Assembly (NCBI GenBank): GCA_039028615.1
Contig: JBCCHT010000034.1
Coordinates: 64,001 to 128,000 of the forward strand
Direction of reading: 5' to 3'
Source of the DNA: Myxococcota bacterium
GTDB taxonomy: Bacteria > Myxococcota_A > Polyangia > Nannocystales > Nannocystaceae
DNA: 64,000 nt
Shown: piece by piece, positions 29,223 through 38,396 of the stretch
Layout: each line of letters starts with the position of its first letter
Position numbering within the stretch: position 1 is the first letter of the stretch
Made by a program: the position numbers and the translations under genes
The notes under the pieces: model-generated
What the model was told of the DNA's origin: nothing
The model's input: the letters and a program-made list of their open reading frames with translations, nothing else
The model's database searches: none

Positions 29223-29258
29223 ACACCCGTGGGCCTTCCCGGTAGCCCCCACGGGTGT
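29223..29258. promoter_or_regulatory. 11-bp perfect inverted repeat upstream of the flotillin operon
   Basis: ACACCCGTGGG-N14-CCCACGGGTGT. Confidence 0.45.
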
Positions 29259-29383
29259 GAATCGAAGCCGCCGAGCCGTTGGCAGCTTCGCGGATCTTCT
29301 GCGAAGCTGGACCGCCCGGAGCCTCCGATCCAGCCGGATCGCGAGCCCGAGTCCACGGACCGCTTCGCCCGCCCGCTGCCACG

Positions 29384-30169
29384 ATGCAAGTGTTCCTCGA
29401 GACCATCCTGAGCTACCCCACCGTGTTCTTCACCGTTCTGTTGGCGGTGGTGTTCATCTACTGGATGCTCGTGATCGTCGGCGCGATGGGCATCGAGGTT
29501 CTCGATGTCGATCTCGACGGTGTGCACGAGGGTGCAGCCGAAGGGGCCGCCGAAGGAGCGGCCGAAGGGGTGACCGAGGGCCTCGCCGAGGGCGTGGCTG
29601 AAGGTGCCGCCGAGGGCGTGGCCGAAGGCGCTACCGAAGGCGTGCACGAGAGCGCCCACGAGGCGCTCGGCGACGGCATGTTCGCGGGCATCTTCTATGC
29701 CCTCAAGCTGCGCTCCGTCCCGCTGACCCTCGTGCTCTCGCTGGTCATCGTGCTGGGCTGGGTCATGTGCTTCTTCGGCACGCGGTACCTGATCATCGAC
29801 ATGGGCCTCGGCCCCTCGTGGCTCATCGGCACCGCGCTGCTCGCCACGTCGATCATCGTGGCCTTCCCCGTCACCTCCGTGCTCGTGCGGCCGCTCGCCT
29901 CCATTCTCAAGGTCGAGAAGCCCACCACGCGCCAGGACCTCGTCGGCGAAATCGTCCGCATCGACACCAGCCGCGTCGATGACCGATTCGGCATGGCCCG
30001 AGCCGAAGACGGCGGTGCGGGGCTCATCGTCCAGGTCCGCTGCCCCGCCGAGGACAACGGCCTCGGCCGAGGCTCGAGCGCGCTGGTCGTCTCCTACGAT
30101 CCGCGCCGCGAGGTCTACGAGGTCACCCCCTTCGATGACCCCTCGACCGGGACATCAGCGGACGCCTGA
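29384..30169 (+). CDS. DUF1449/YqiJ-like membrane protein with NfeD-type OB-fold C-terminus
   Basis: N-terminal TM (PTVFFTVLL...YW), VPLTLVLS, further TM helices, C-terminal DLVG..VRI.TS.VD..FG.A...DGGAGLIVQVRC; lies directly upstream of a flotillin. Start ATG 29384. Confidence 0.82.
   Translation: MQVFLETILSYPTVFFTVLLAVVFIYWMLVIVGAMGIEVLDVDLDGVHEGAAEGAAEGAAEGVTEGLAEGVAEGAAEGVAEGATEGVHESAHEALGDGMFAGIFYALKLRSVPLTLVLSLVIVLGWVMCFFGTRYLIIDMGLGPSWLIGTALLATSIIVAFPVTSVLVRPLASILKVEKPTTRQDLVGEIVRIDTSRVDDRFGMARAEDGGAGLIVQVRCPAEDNGLGRGSSALVVSYDPRREVYEVTPFDDPSTGTSADA
29522..29650 (+). repeat. Degenerate 12-nt tandem repeat encoding about 10 xxEG tetrapeptides
   Basis: Translation VHEGAAEGAAEGAAEGVTEGLAEGVAEGAAEGVAEGATEGVHE. 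Confidence 0.85.
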
Positions 30170-30208
30170 GCGCCCGTTCACCGTTCATCATCCCCTTCCC
30201 GCCCCTTT

Positions 30209-30230
30209 GACCCGGACTTCGGTCCGGGTC
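30209..30230 (+). promoter_or_regulatory. Intercistronic cUUCGg tetraloop hairpin
   Basis: GACCCGGAC-TTCG-GTCCGGGTC, a 9-bp perfect stem 32 nt upstream of the flotillin ATG. Confidence 0.6.
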
Positions 30231-30262
30231 GCTCCCCCAACCCCTGCAAGTGAGGTCGTTTC

Positions 30263-32500
30263 ATGTCTGCCCCGTCCCTGCTGGCCACGGGCGCACTACT
30301 CGCGGCGCTCGACGAATCCACCATGATCCTGGTGGGCGTCGTCGGTGTCTTCTTGGTGCTGCTCGCGCTCGGCGTCCCTCTTCTCTACGCGAAGCTCTAC
30401 CGCAAGATCGACCAGGGTCGTGCGCTCATCGTCAACAAGATGAGCCGCGTCGAGGTGTTCTTCACTGGTGGCTTGGTCATCCCCGTCGTTCACCGCTTCG
30501 AGGAGATGGACATCTCGGTCAAGACCATCGAGATCAACCGCTCCGGCAAAGAAGGCCTGATCTGTAAGGACAACATCCGCGCGGACATCAAGGTCACCTT
30601 CTTCATCCGGGTCAACAAGACCTCCGAAGACGTGCTCAAGGTGGCCCAGGCCATCGGCACCACCCGCGCCTCGCACCAAGAGACCCTCGAAGAGCTCTTC
30701 AACGCGAAGTTCTCCGAGGCCCTCAAGACCGTCGGTAAGGTCCTCGACTTCGAGGAGCTGTACACCCGGCGCCACGACTTCAAGGAGCAGATCCTCGAGG
30801 TCATCGGCGAGGACCTCAACGGCTACGTGCTCGACGACGCCGCCATCGACTATCTCGAGCAGACCCCGATGGGCGCGCTCGACCCCAAGAACGTCCTAGA
30901 CGCCCGCGGTATCCGAAAGATCACCGAGATCACCGCCGATCAGGCCGTTCGGACCAACGAGATCCAGCGCAACGAGGAGAAGGCGATCCGTAAGCAGGAC
31001 GTCGAGGCCAAGGAAGCCATCCTCGAGCTCGATCGTCAGCAGGCCGACGCCGAGGCCAAGCAGAACCGCGAGATCGCGTCCGTGCAGGCCCGCGAGCAAG
31101 CCGAGACGCTCAAGGTCCAGGCCGAGGAGCGCAAGAAGGCCGAGCTGGCGCGCATCAAGCTCGAAGAGGAAGTCTCCATCAACGAGGAGAACAAGAAGCG
31201 CCAGATCCAGGTCGCCGAGAAGAACCGCGAGCGCGTGGTGGCGGTCGAGCAAGAGCGCGTGCTCAAAGACCAGAACCTCGAGGCCATCAGCCGCGAGCGC
31301 GAGGTCGAGCTCAAGCGCATCTCCAAGGAGAAGGCCCTCGAGGTCGAGAAGAAGGAGATCGCGGACGTCATCCGCTCCCGCATCGTCGTCGACAAGACCG
31401 TCGCCGAGGAAGAGGAGCGCATCAAGGACCTCCGGGTCGTCGCCGCGGCCAAGCGGGCCAAGGAAGCCAAGGTCATCCAGGCCGAAGCCGACGCCCAGGA
31501 GCTGCTGGTCAAGGACATCAAGAAGGCCGAGGCCCAGGACACTGCGGCCAAGTTCCTCGCCAAGGAAAAGATCACCATGGCCGAGGCAGCGCTCGAAGCT
31601 TCCGAGAAGGAAGCCCGCGCCAAGATCCGGCTCTCCGAGGGTGTCCAGGCCGAGGTCGCTGCCCCCGGGCTGGCTCAGGTCAAGGTCAAGGAGGCCGAGG
31701 CCGTCGCCATCGAGAAGCAGGGCGACGCCAAGGCGCGGGTGACCCTGGGCCAGATGAAGGCCGAGGCCGAGGGACGCGAGTCCCAGGGGCTCGCCGAGGT
31801 CCGAATCAAAGAAGCCAACGCCGAGGCCATCGCCAAGACGGGCCGAGCCGAGGCCGAGGCCGAGCGCGAGCAGATGCTGGCGCGAGCGGTCGGCACCGAG
31901 CAGCAGGGCCTGGCCGAGGTCAAGGTCAAGGACGCCGACGCGGCCGCGACCGAGAAGATGGGTCAGGCCAAGGCGGTCGAGATTCGCGAGAAGCTGCTGG
32001 CCGAGGCCCAGGGCCTCGAGCACAAGGCCGAGGCGATGAAGAAGCTCGACCAGAAGTCGCGCGAGCACGAGGAGTTCCGCTATCGCCTGGAGAAGCAGGT
32101 CCAGGTCGAGATGGAATCGCTCGGCGTGCGCCGCGACGTGGCTCGCGCCCAGGCCGAGGTCCTCGGCTCCGCGATGAGCACCGCCAAGATCAACATCGTG
32201 GGTGGCGACGGTCAGTTCTTCGACCAGTTCATCCGTGCGGTGTCCTTGGGCCAGGCCCTCGACGGGGTCGTGCACAACTCGGAGACCGCCAACACCCTCA
32301 TGTCCGACTACTTGAGCGGCGACAAGAGCCTCACCGACGACATCAAGGAGGTGCTCACCCGTCCCGCTCTCGACTCCGAGAGCCTCAAGAACCTGAGCGT
32401 CTCGGCGGCCCTGACCAAGGTCATGGGACAGGTCGGTGAAGGACAGCAGAGCAAGATCCAGTCGCTGCTGTCTCAGGCGAAAAAGCTGGGCCTGGACTAG
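30263..32500 (+). CDS. Flotillin / SPFH-domain protein (YqiK-like)
   Basis: N-terminal TM; GLICKDNIRADIKVTFFIRVN, KFSEALKTVGK, DLNGYVLDDAAIDYLEQT, LDARGIRKIT; long EA/EK-rich coiled coil. Confidence 0.9.
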   Translation: MSAPSLLATGALLAALDESTMILVGVVGVFLVLLALGVPLLYAKLYRKIDQGRALIVNKMSRVEVFFTGGLVIPVVHRFEEMDISVKTIEINRSGKEGLICKDNIRADIKVTFFIRVNKTSEDVLKVAQAIGTTRASHQETLEELFNAKFSEALKTVGKVLDFEELYTRRHDFKEQILEVIGEDLNGYVLDDAAIDYLEQTPMGALDPKNVLDARGIRKITEITADQAVRTNEIQRNEEKAIRKQDVEAKEAILELDRQQADAEAKQNREIASVQAREQAETLKVQAEERKKAELARIKLEEEVSINEENKKRQIQVAEKNRERVVAVEQERVLKDQNLEAISREREVELKRISKEKALEVEKKEIADVIRSRIVVDKTVAEEEERIKDLRVVAAAKRAKEAKVIQAEADAQELLVKDIKKAEAQDTAAKFLAKEKITMAEAALEASEKEARAKIRLSEGVQAEVAAPGLAQVKVKEAEAVAIEKQGDAKARVTLGQMKAEAEGRESQGLAEVRIKEANAEAIAKTGRAEAEAEREQMLARAVGTEQQGLAEVKVKDADAAATEKMGQAKAVEIREKLLAEAQGLEHKAEAMKKLDQKSREHEEFRYRLEKQVQVEMESLGVRRDVARAQAEVLGSAMSTAKINIVGGDGQFFDQFIRAVSLGQALDGVVHNSETANTLMSDYLSGDKSLTDDIKEVLTRPALDSESLKNLSVSAALTKVMGQVGEGQQSKIQSLLSQAKKLGLD
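31667..31980 (+). repeat. Three 120-nt (40-aa) internal repeats in the flotillin tail
   Basis: GLAQVKVKEAEAVAIEKQGDAKA / GLAEVRIKEANAEAIAKTGRAEA / GLAEVKVKDADAAATEKMGQAKA at 120-nt spacing. Confidence 0.75.
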
Positions 32501-32528
32501 CCCCTAGAACCGGAAGGCCAACTCGACG

Positions 32529-35500
32529 ATGGCGGAACACAGCGGAAACGAGGCGGCGGAGGAGCAGGACTCCGCCGCCGAGCTGGAGGGCGGAAGCTAC
32601 GAGGTCATTCGCGACCGCCTCGTCGAGCAGGCCAAGGAACTCGGTCAGCGTACCGAGGCACTCAACGTGCGACGACAGGAGGTGTTCGGTGGAACCGAGC
32701 TCTCCGTCATCGCCAACGAGCGCGTCCGTACCGAGAACAACTGCACCCCCCGGGACATCGTCCAGGTGGGGGGGCGGTTGCTCTTCGGCTACAACGTGTT
32801 CCTGGGGCTGAAGACCGAGACGTCGCTGTCCGACGTCTTCAGCCTCCACTGTTTCGATCCCAAGGACGACGGCACCGTCGACCTCTCGGCCATCCCCATC
32901 GAGGAAGGCGGGCCGGGCCTCCTGGCCGACGCCGGCTTCAACGAGCACTTCCTCGAACTCTATCGTTTCTACAAGGACGCCCGGCTCGTCCAGCTGTCGC
33001 GCAGCGAGACCAAGCTGCTCGCGGTGTGGCAGATCGGCGGCGAGCTCACCGACGTCCGCGTGGCGCGGTGGACCCTCAGCCCCGACGACGTCGCCACCTA
33101 CGTCGACAACCGCGGCGAGCGAGACTACGAGTTCCCCCCGCAGCACGACTTCGAGTGGACCCAGCTCACCCGCGAAGACCAAATCTCGGGCGAGTACCCC
33201 CACATATCGATCCGCGATCGGGTCTTCGTGGAGACCACCGGGGGCGACCTCACCGTCAAGGTCGAGAACAACACCGCCACGGGGAAGGGCATCTACTCCG
33301 AGCCGGTCGAGGACGAGTACCAGACCCTCGACGACGCCGACTTCCAGTTCCACGAGATCGGGCCGCTGACGCTGATGCGGATCCAGCCCTATCGCGAGGA
33401 GCAATACCGCTACCTGGTGTTCTGCGCCCGCACCGAGGAGGTCGTCCGCATCGATTCCATCGGCCGCGCCTGCCGGAGCCTCCCCGAGGACCACGGCATC
33501 ATGTTCGCGGGCGGCTACTTCCTCCAGGATGGCCAGTACAAGGTCTTCGACGGCGACTACTCGAGCTTCGAGTTCCAACGGGCTGTGCGCTCGCCCAACG
33601 GCGAGGACGTGCTCTACGTGTTCCACGACCGCACCACCGGTCGCTACGCGCTGTTCCCCTACAACCTCATCCGCCGCGACGTCGGCACCCCGATCCAGTG
33701 CTCGGGCTACTGCCTGTTCCCCGACGGCAAGATGGTGGTGTTCCGCTACGAGTCGGACGAGCCGACCCGCGTGCACCCCATGCAGGTCTGGGACACGCCC
33801 TTCGTCTCCGACGAGCACGCCGCGGCGGCCCCCGATGCGGCTGGGTTCCTGGGCAAGGTCGGCAACGCCGAGCTCGTGCGCGGCATCTCCGATGCGCTGA
33901 GCGTCCGCCGCTTCATCCTCGACCAACGCCCCTCGCGGCAGGTCTACGAGGACCTCATCTCCAACTGTACGCGCATCATCGACGCGTACTACTGGCTCAG
34001 CGACCAAGAAGAAGTCGGCGATCTCCAGACCGTCCTCACCGAGATCCGCGACACGGCCGAGCTGGTCGTCGACGAGTTCGAGAAGGTCGTCGCGATCAAA
34101 AAGCGCGCGACCGAGGCGATGGCCGAGGCGGCCAAGACCCAAGAAGCCCTCATCCGCGGGCTTCGCCCGGAATCGTGGGAGCGCGTCGAAGACTTCATGG
34201 GCGGCCTGACCGGCCTCCGGACACAGCGCGGCCACCTCATCACGCTCCGCGAGATGCGGTACATCGACCTGCCGCAGGTCCAGACGCTCGAAGACGAGGT
34301 CATCGAGAGCTTCGACACCCTGTCCGCGGCCACCGTCGAGTTCCTGCTCCGCGACGACGCCCTGACCCCGCTCACCGGTTCGCTCGAGGAGTTGCTCGGC
34401 AAGGCAGCCGAGATCGACAAGGCGCACGAGCTCGTCCCCGTGAACGAAGAGCTCGAGCAGGTCAGCGAGGGCCTCAACGTGCTCTCCGAGGTCGCCGCCA
34501 ACCTCCAGGTCGACGACCCCACCGCGCGCACGCGCATCCTCGAGGGCATCTCCGGCGTCTTCGCCCACCTCAACCGGGTCCGGGCCACGATCGACAATCG
34601 GCGCAAGAGCCTGATGTCGGCCGAGGGCAAGGCGGAGTTCGCCGCCCAGTTCGCCCTGCTCGGGCAGTCGGTGACCTCGGCCATCGGCATGGCCGATACC
34701 CCGGAGAAGTGCGACGAGCAGCTGTCGCGCCTGATGGTCCAGCTCGAGGAGCTGGAGGCCAAGTTCTCCGAGTTCGACGAGTTCATCGGCGAGATTTCCA
34801 GCAAGCGCGAGGAGATCTACGAAGCCTTCGGCAACAAGAAGCAGCAGCTCCTCGACGAGCGCCAGCGCCGGGTCCAGAACCTGGTGCAGGCGGCCGAGCG
34901 CATCCTGCAGGGCGTCGATCGCCGCGCCAAGTCCTTCAAGGAGGCCGACGAGCTCAACGCCTACTTCGCCTCCGACGCGATGGTGCTCAAGCTCCGCGAC
35001 CTGGCGGAGCGCATTCTCGACCTCGGCGACAGCGTCAAGTCCGACGAGGTTCAGTCGCAGATCAAGTCCGCCCGCCAGAACGCGCTACGCGGGCTTCGGG
35101 ACCGCCAGGACCTGTTCGAGGACGGCGCCGACCTCATCAAGTTCGGCCGCCACCGCTTCTCGGTGAACACCCAGGCGCTCGAGCTCGGAATCCTGCCGCA
35201 CGGCGATGGCATGGCGCTCAGCCTGTCGGGTACCGACTTCCTCGAGCCCATCACCGACGAAGGCTTCCAGGCCACGAGCCCCTACTGGTCGCAGCAGATC
35301 GTGTCCGAGACCAAAGAGGTCTACCGGGCGGAGTACCTGGCCGCGTCCATCGTGTTCGACGCCGAGGCCAACCGAAACGGGCTGAGCCTCGAGTCGCTCA
35401 AGGACGCCGATCGGGCGGAGGGCGGGCTGCCCGAGCTGGTGCGCAAGTACGCCGCCGATCGCTACCAAGAAGGCTACGAGCGCGGCGTCCACGATCACGA

Positions 35501-38372
35501 CGGCGCACGCATCCTCGAGAAGCTCATGGGGCTGTACTCGTCGGCGGGGCTGCTTCGCTTCGCCCCCAGCGCGCGGGCCCTCGCCTGCCTGTACTGGGCG
35601 GTGCGCACCGACGAGCGCAAGGTCGCCTGGCATCGCCGCGCGCAGAGCCTCAGCCGCCTGCGTCGGGCCTTCCGCGCGGGCAAGGTCGGTGAGCGCCTGG
35701 TCGGCGAGCTGAACGAGGCCGTCGCCGAGTTCGTCGTCGATGCCAAGCTCGACTTCGCCGCCGATCTCTCCGACGCCGCCGCCCGCTACCTCGTGGAGGA
35801 GCTGGCCGCCGCGCGCCCGCAGTTCACCACCAGCAACGAGGCCCAGCAGCTCCGCGACGGCATGATCCGCTACCTCGACGCCGAGTCGATGCGCCACGAG
35901 TTCGAGGACGATCTCGCCGCCCTCGACGAGGACGTCGGCGCACGGGTCTCGCTGGCTCGGGTCTGGCTCGAGGGGTTCATCGCCACCACCGACGACGACG
36001 CGCTGTCCGCCCTGAGCCACGCCGTGCCCGAAGCCGCGGTCCTCTTGTGCACCGAGCGCGCCCTCGACCGCGAGAGCAACTCCGCGCTCACCTCGGTCAA
36101 CGTCGAGGGTCTGCTCGGCCAGCACGCCCTCATCACCGATCAGGTCCTGCCGCTACGCCTCGACGAGTTCATCGAGCGCCTCGGCGAGTTCGCCCGCAAC
36201 CGCGTCCCCGGCTACCTCGACTATCGCGAGCAACGCCAGGCCCTGCTCGACCGCGAGCGCGAGCGCCTGCGCCTGTCCGAGTTCGTCCCCCGCGTGCTCA
36301 GCTCCTTCGTCCGCAACAAGCTGATCAACGAGGTCTACCTGCACCTCATCGGGGACAACCTCGCCAAGCAGCTGGGTGCGGCGGGCGACGCCAAGCGCAC
36401 CGACCTGATGGGCCTGCTGCTGCTCATCTCCCCGCCCGGCTACGGCAAGACGACCCTCATGGAGTACGTCGCCAGCCGCCTGGGCCTGGTGTTCATGAAG
36501 GTCAACGGCCCCTCGCTGGGTCACGACGTGCACTCGCTCGATCCCTCCGAGGCCCCCAGCGCCACCGCGCGCCAGGAGGTCGAGAAGATCAACCTCGCCT
36601 TCGAGATGGGCAACAACGTGATGCTCTATCTCGACGACATCCAGCACACGCACCCCGAGCTGCTACAGAAGTTCATCTCCCTGTGCGACGCCCAGCGCCG
36701 CATCGAGGGCGTGTGGCGGGGCCGAACCCGCACCTACGACCTGCGCGGCAAGAAGTTCTGCGTGGTCATGGCCGGCAACCCCTACACGGAGAGCGGCGAC
36801 AAGTTCCAGATCCCCGACATGCTGGCCAACCGCGCCGACACCTACAACTTGGGTGACATCCTGGGCGGCAAGGAAGAGCAGTTCGCGCTCAGCTACATCG
36901 AGAACGCGATCACCTCCAACGCGGTGCTCGCCCCCTTGGCCACGCGCGAGCAGAGCGACATCTACAAGCTCGTCCGCATGGCCCAGGGCGAGGAAATCCC
37001 GGGCACCGACCTCAGCCACGGCTACTCCGGGGTCGAGCTCAACGAGATCAAGGCCGTGCTCCAGCGCCTGTTCCGGGTCCAAGAGGTGCTGCTGAAGGTC
37101 AACCTCGAGTACATCAAGTCCGCCTCGGCCGACGACAACTACCGCACCGAGCCGCCCTTCAAGCTCCAGGGTAGTTACCGCAACATGGCGAAGCTGGCCG
37201 AGAAGGTCGTCGCCGCCATGAACGAGGAGGAACTCGAGGCGCTGATCGAGGACCACTACATCGGCGAGTCCCAGACGCTGACCACCGGGGCCGAGCAAAA
37301 CCTGCTCAAGCTGGCGGAGATGCGCGGGGCCATGACCGACGCGCAGCGCGAGCGCTGGGAGGCGATCAAGGCCGAGTTCAAGAAGCAGAAGATGCTCGGC
37401 GGCGCCGAGGAAGACCCGGTCGTGCGCATCACGGCGCAGCTCGGCTCGCTGGGCGACAAGCTCGAGGGCATCCAGGGCGCCATGAGCAACGACGAGTCGC
37501 TCGGTCGCCTGGGCAAGGAGCTGCATGGCATCGGCCAGGCGCTCGGCCAGGCGCAGGCGCTCGGCGGCGTGGTCGACAAGCTCGAAGGCATCGGGCAGGC
37601 GCTCGCCAAGACGGATGCGCTCGGGTCGGTCGCGACGCAGCTCGAGGGCATTCAAAAGGCCATGGGCACCATGAATGTGGGGGCCGACCTCGCGGGACGA
37701 CTGGATGGTCTCACCCAGGCGGTACGGCAAGCGGCCACCGCTGCACCGCGAGCCCCCGTGGCGGCTCCGGTCGTGGCCCCGGCCGCTCCAGCCGCCCCCG
37801 TCCCCGCTGCTCCCGTCGCGGCCCCGGCCAATACCGACGCACTGACGCAGGTGCTCGGGGGCTACCTCCAGCGTCTCGAGCAGGCCATCGTCGCCCTGTC
37901 TCAGCCGCAGGTGAAGATCAGCGTGGAGCCGCCCTCGGGTGTCGAGGAGCTGCTCGCCCAGCAGATCGCGATCATCGAGCGCACGCTCGTGCCGCTGGTG
38001 CGCACCACCAACCAGCAGCTGGTCAACCCGACCAAGGTCGACGAGCGGGTGGTGGAGCTGCTGAACCTGCTGCGCAACGTCGATGAGCGCATGCGCCAGG
38101 GGTACTCGCCCCGGGCCACGCTCACGGGGAAGGGTGGCGGCGGCGGCTCCAAGGGCGGAGCGTCCGGGGGTGGCATGAGCCCCGCCGGAGGCTCGAAGAT
38201 CACGCCGCCCAACGTGGGTGGTCAGGGTGCCCGCGGAGCGGCGCCCTACCCCGCCTCGCAGCCCACGATCACCGAATCGAGCCAGCAGCAGGCCGGCACG
38301 GCCGAGGCGGACGACGACGACGAACGCCAGCAATGGCGTCGCCCGCCGCAGTTCCGCCCGCCCTCCTCCTGA
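32529..38372 (+). CDS. Giant AAA+ ATPase of the DUF3686 ('DNA repair ATPase') family
   Basis: GGSYEVIRDRL start; beta-rich N-terminal region (FVETTGGDLTVKVENNT, SPNGEDVLYVF); long coiled coil; Walker A SPPGYGKTT, Walker B LYLDDIQ, MAGNP, LANRAD. Confidence 0.85.
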   Translation: MAEHSGNEAAEEQDSAAELEGGSYEVIRDRLVEQAKELGQRTEALNVRRQEVFGGTELSVIANERVRTENNCTPRDIVQVGGRLLFGYNVFLGLKTETSLSDVFSLHCFDPKDDGTVDLSAIPIEEGGPGLLADAGFNEHFLELYRFYKDARLVQLSRSETKLLAVWQIGGELTDVRVARWTLSPDDVATYVDNRGERDYEFPPQHDFEWTQLTREDQISGEYPHISIRDRVFVETTGGDLTVKVENNTATGKGIYSEPVEDEYQTLDDADFQFHEIGPLTLMRIQPYREEQYRYLVFCARTEEVVRIDSIGRACRSLPEDHGIMFAGGYFLQDGQYKVFDGDYSSFEFQRAVRSPNGEDVLYVFHDRTTGRYALFPYNLIRRDVGTPIQCSGYCLFPDGKMVVFRYESDEPTRVHPMQVWDTPFVSDEHAAAAPDAAGFLGKVGNAELVRGISDALSVRRFILDQRPSRQVYEDLISNCTRIIDAYYWLSDQEEVGDLQTVLTEIRDTAELVVDEFEKVVAIKKRATEAMAEAAKTQEALIRGLRPESWERVEDFMGGLTGLRTQRGHLITLREMRYIDLPQVQTLEDEVIESFDTLSAATVEFLLRDDALTPLTGSLEELLGKAAEIDKAHELVPVNEELEQVSEGLNVLSEVAANLQVDDPTARTRILEGISGVFAHLNRVRATIDNRRKSLMSAEGKAEFAAQFALLGQSVTSAIGMADTPEKCDEQLSRLMVQLEELEAKFSEFDEFIGEISSKREEIYEAFGNKKQQLLDERQRRVQNLVQAAERILQGVDRRAKSFKEADELNAYFASDAMVLKLRDLAERILDLGDSVKSDEVQSQIKSARQNALRGLRDRQDLFEDGADLIKFGRHRFSVNTQALELGILPHGDGMALSLSGTDFLEPITDEGFQATSPYWSQQIVSETKEVYRAEYLAASIVFDAEANRNGLSLESLKDADRAEGGLPELVRKYAADRYQEGYERGVHDHDGARILEKLMGLYSSAGLLRFAPSARALACLYWAVRTDERKVAWHRRAQSLSRLRRAFRAGKVGERLVGELNEAVAEFVVDAKLDFAADLSDAAARYLVEELAAARPQFTTSNEAQQLRDGMIRYLDAESMRHEFEDDLAALDEDVGARVSLARVWLEGFIATTDDDALSALSHAVPEAAVLLCTERALDRESNSALTSVNVEGLLGQHALITDQVLPLRLDEFIERLGEFARNRVPGYLDYREQRQALLDRERERLRLSEFVPRVLSSFVRNKLINEVYLHLIGDNLAKQLGAAGDAKRTDLMGLLLLISPPGYGKTTLMEYVASRLGLVFMKVNGPSLGHDVHSLDPSEAPSATARQEVEKINLAFEMGNNVMLYLDDIQHTHPELLQKFISLCDAQRRIEGVWRGRTRTYDLRGKKFCVVMAGNPYTESGDKFQIPDMLANRADTYNLGDILGGKEEQFALSYIENAITSNAVLAPLATREQSDIYKLVRMAQGEEIPGTDLSHGYSGVELNEIKAVLQRLFRVQEVLLKVNLEYIKSASADDNYRTEPPFKLQGSYRNMAKLAEKVVAAMNEEELEALIEDHYIGESQTLTTGAEQNLLKLAEMRGAMTDAQRERWEAIKAEFKKQKMLGGAEEDPVVRITAQLGSLGDKLEGIQGAMSNDESLGRLGKELHGIGQALGQAQALGGVVDKLEGIGQALAKTDALGSVATQLEGIQKAMGTMNVGADLAGRLDGLTQAVRQAATAAPRAPVAAPVVAPAAPAAPVPAAPVAAPANTDALTQVLGGYLQRLEQAIVALSQPQVKISVEPPSGVEELLAQQIAIIERTLVPLVRTTNQQLVNPTKVDERVVELLNLLRNVDERMRQGYSPRATLTGKGGGGGSKGGASGGGMSPAGGSKITPPNVGGQGARGAAPYPASQPTITESSQQQAGTAEADDDDERQQWRRPPQFRPPSS
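37440..37730 (+). repeat. 4-5 copies of a 60-nt (20-aa) amphipathic repeat in the ATPase C-terminal extension
   Basis: LGSLGDKLEGIQGAMSNDES / LGRLGKELHGIGQALGQAQA / LGGVVDKLEGIGQALAKTDA / LGSVATQLEGIQKAMGTMNV; the 60-nt period is visible in the DNA. Confidence 0.8.
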
Positions 38373-38396
38373 CGGCTGCGTCCGCGAGGGCCCGGG

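Noticed and set aside
29522..29650. Possible CRISPR-like array (also 37440-37730 and 41990-42250)
   Set aside because: In-frame coding repeats without unique spacers; no cas genes in the window.
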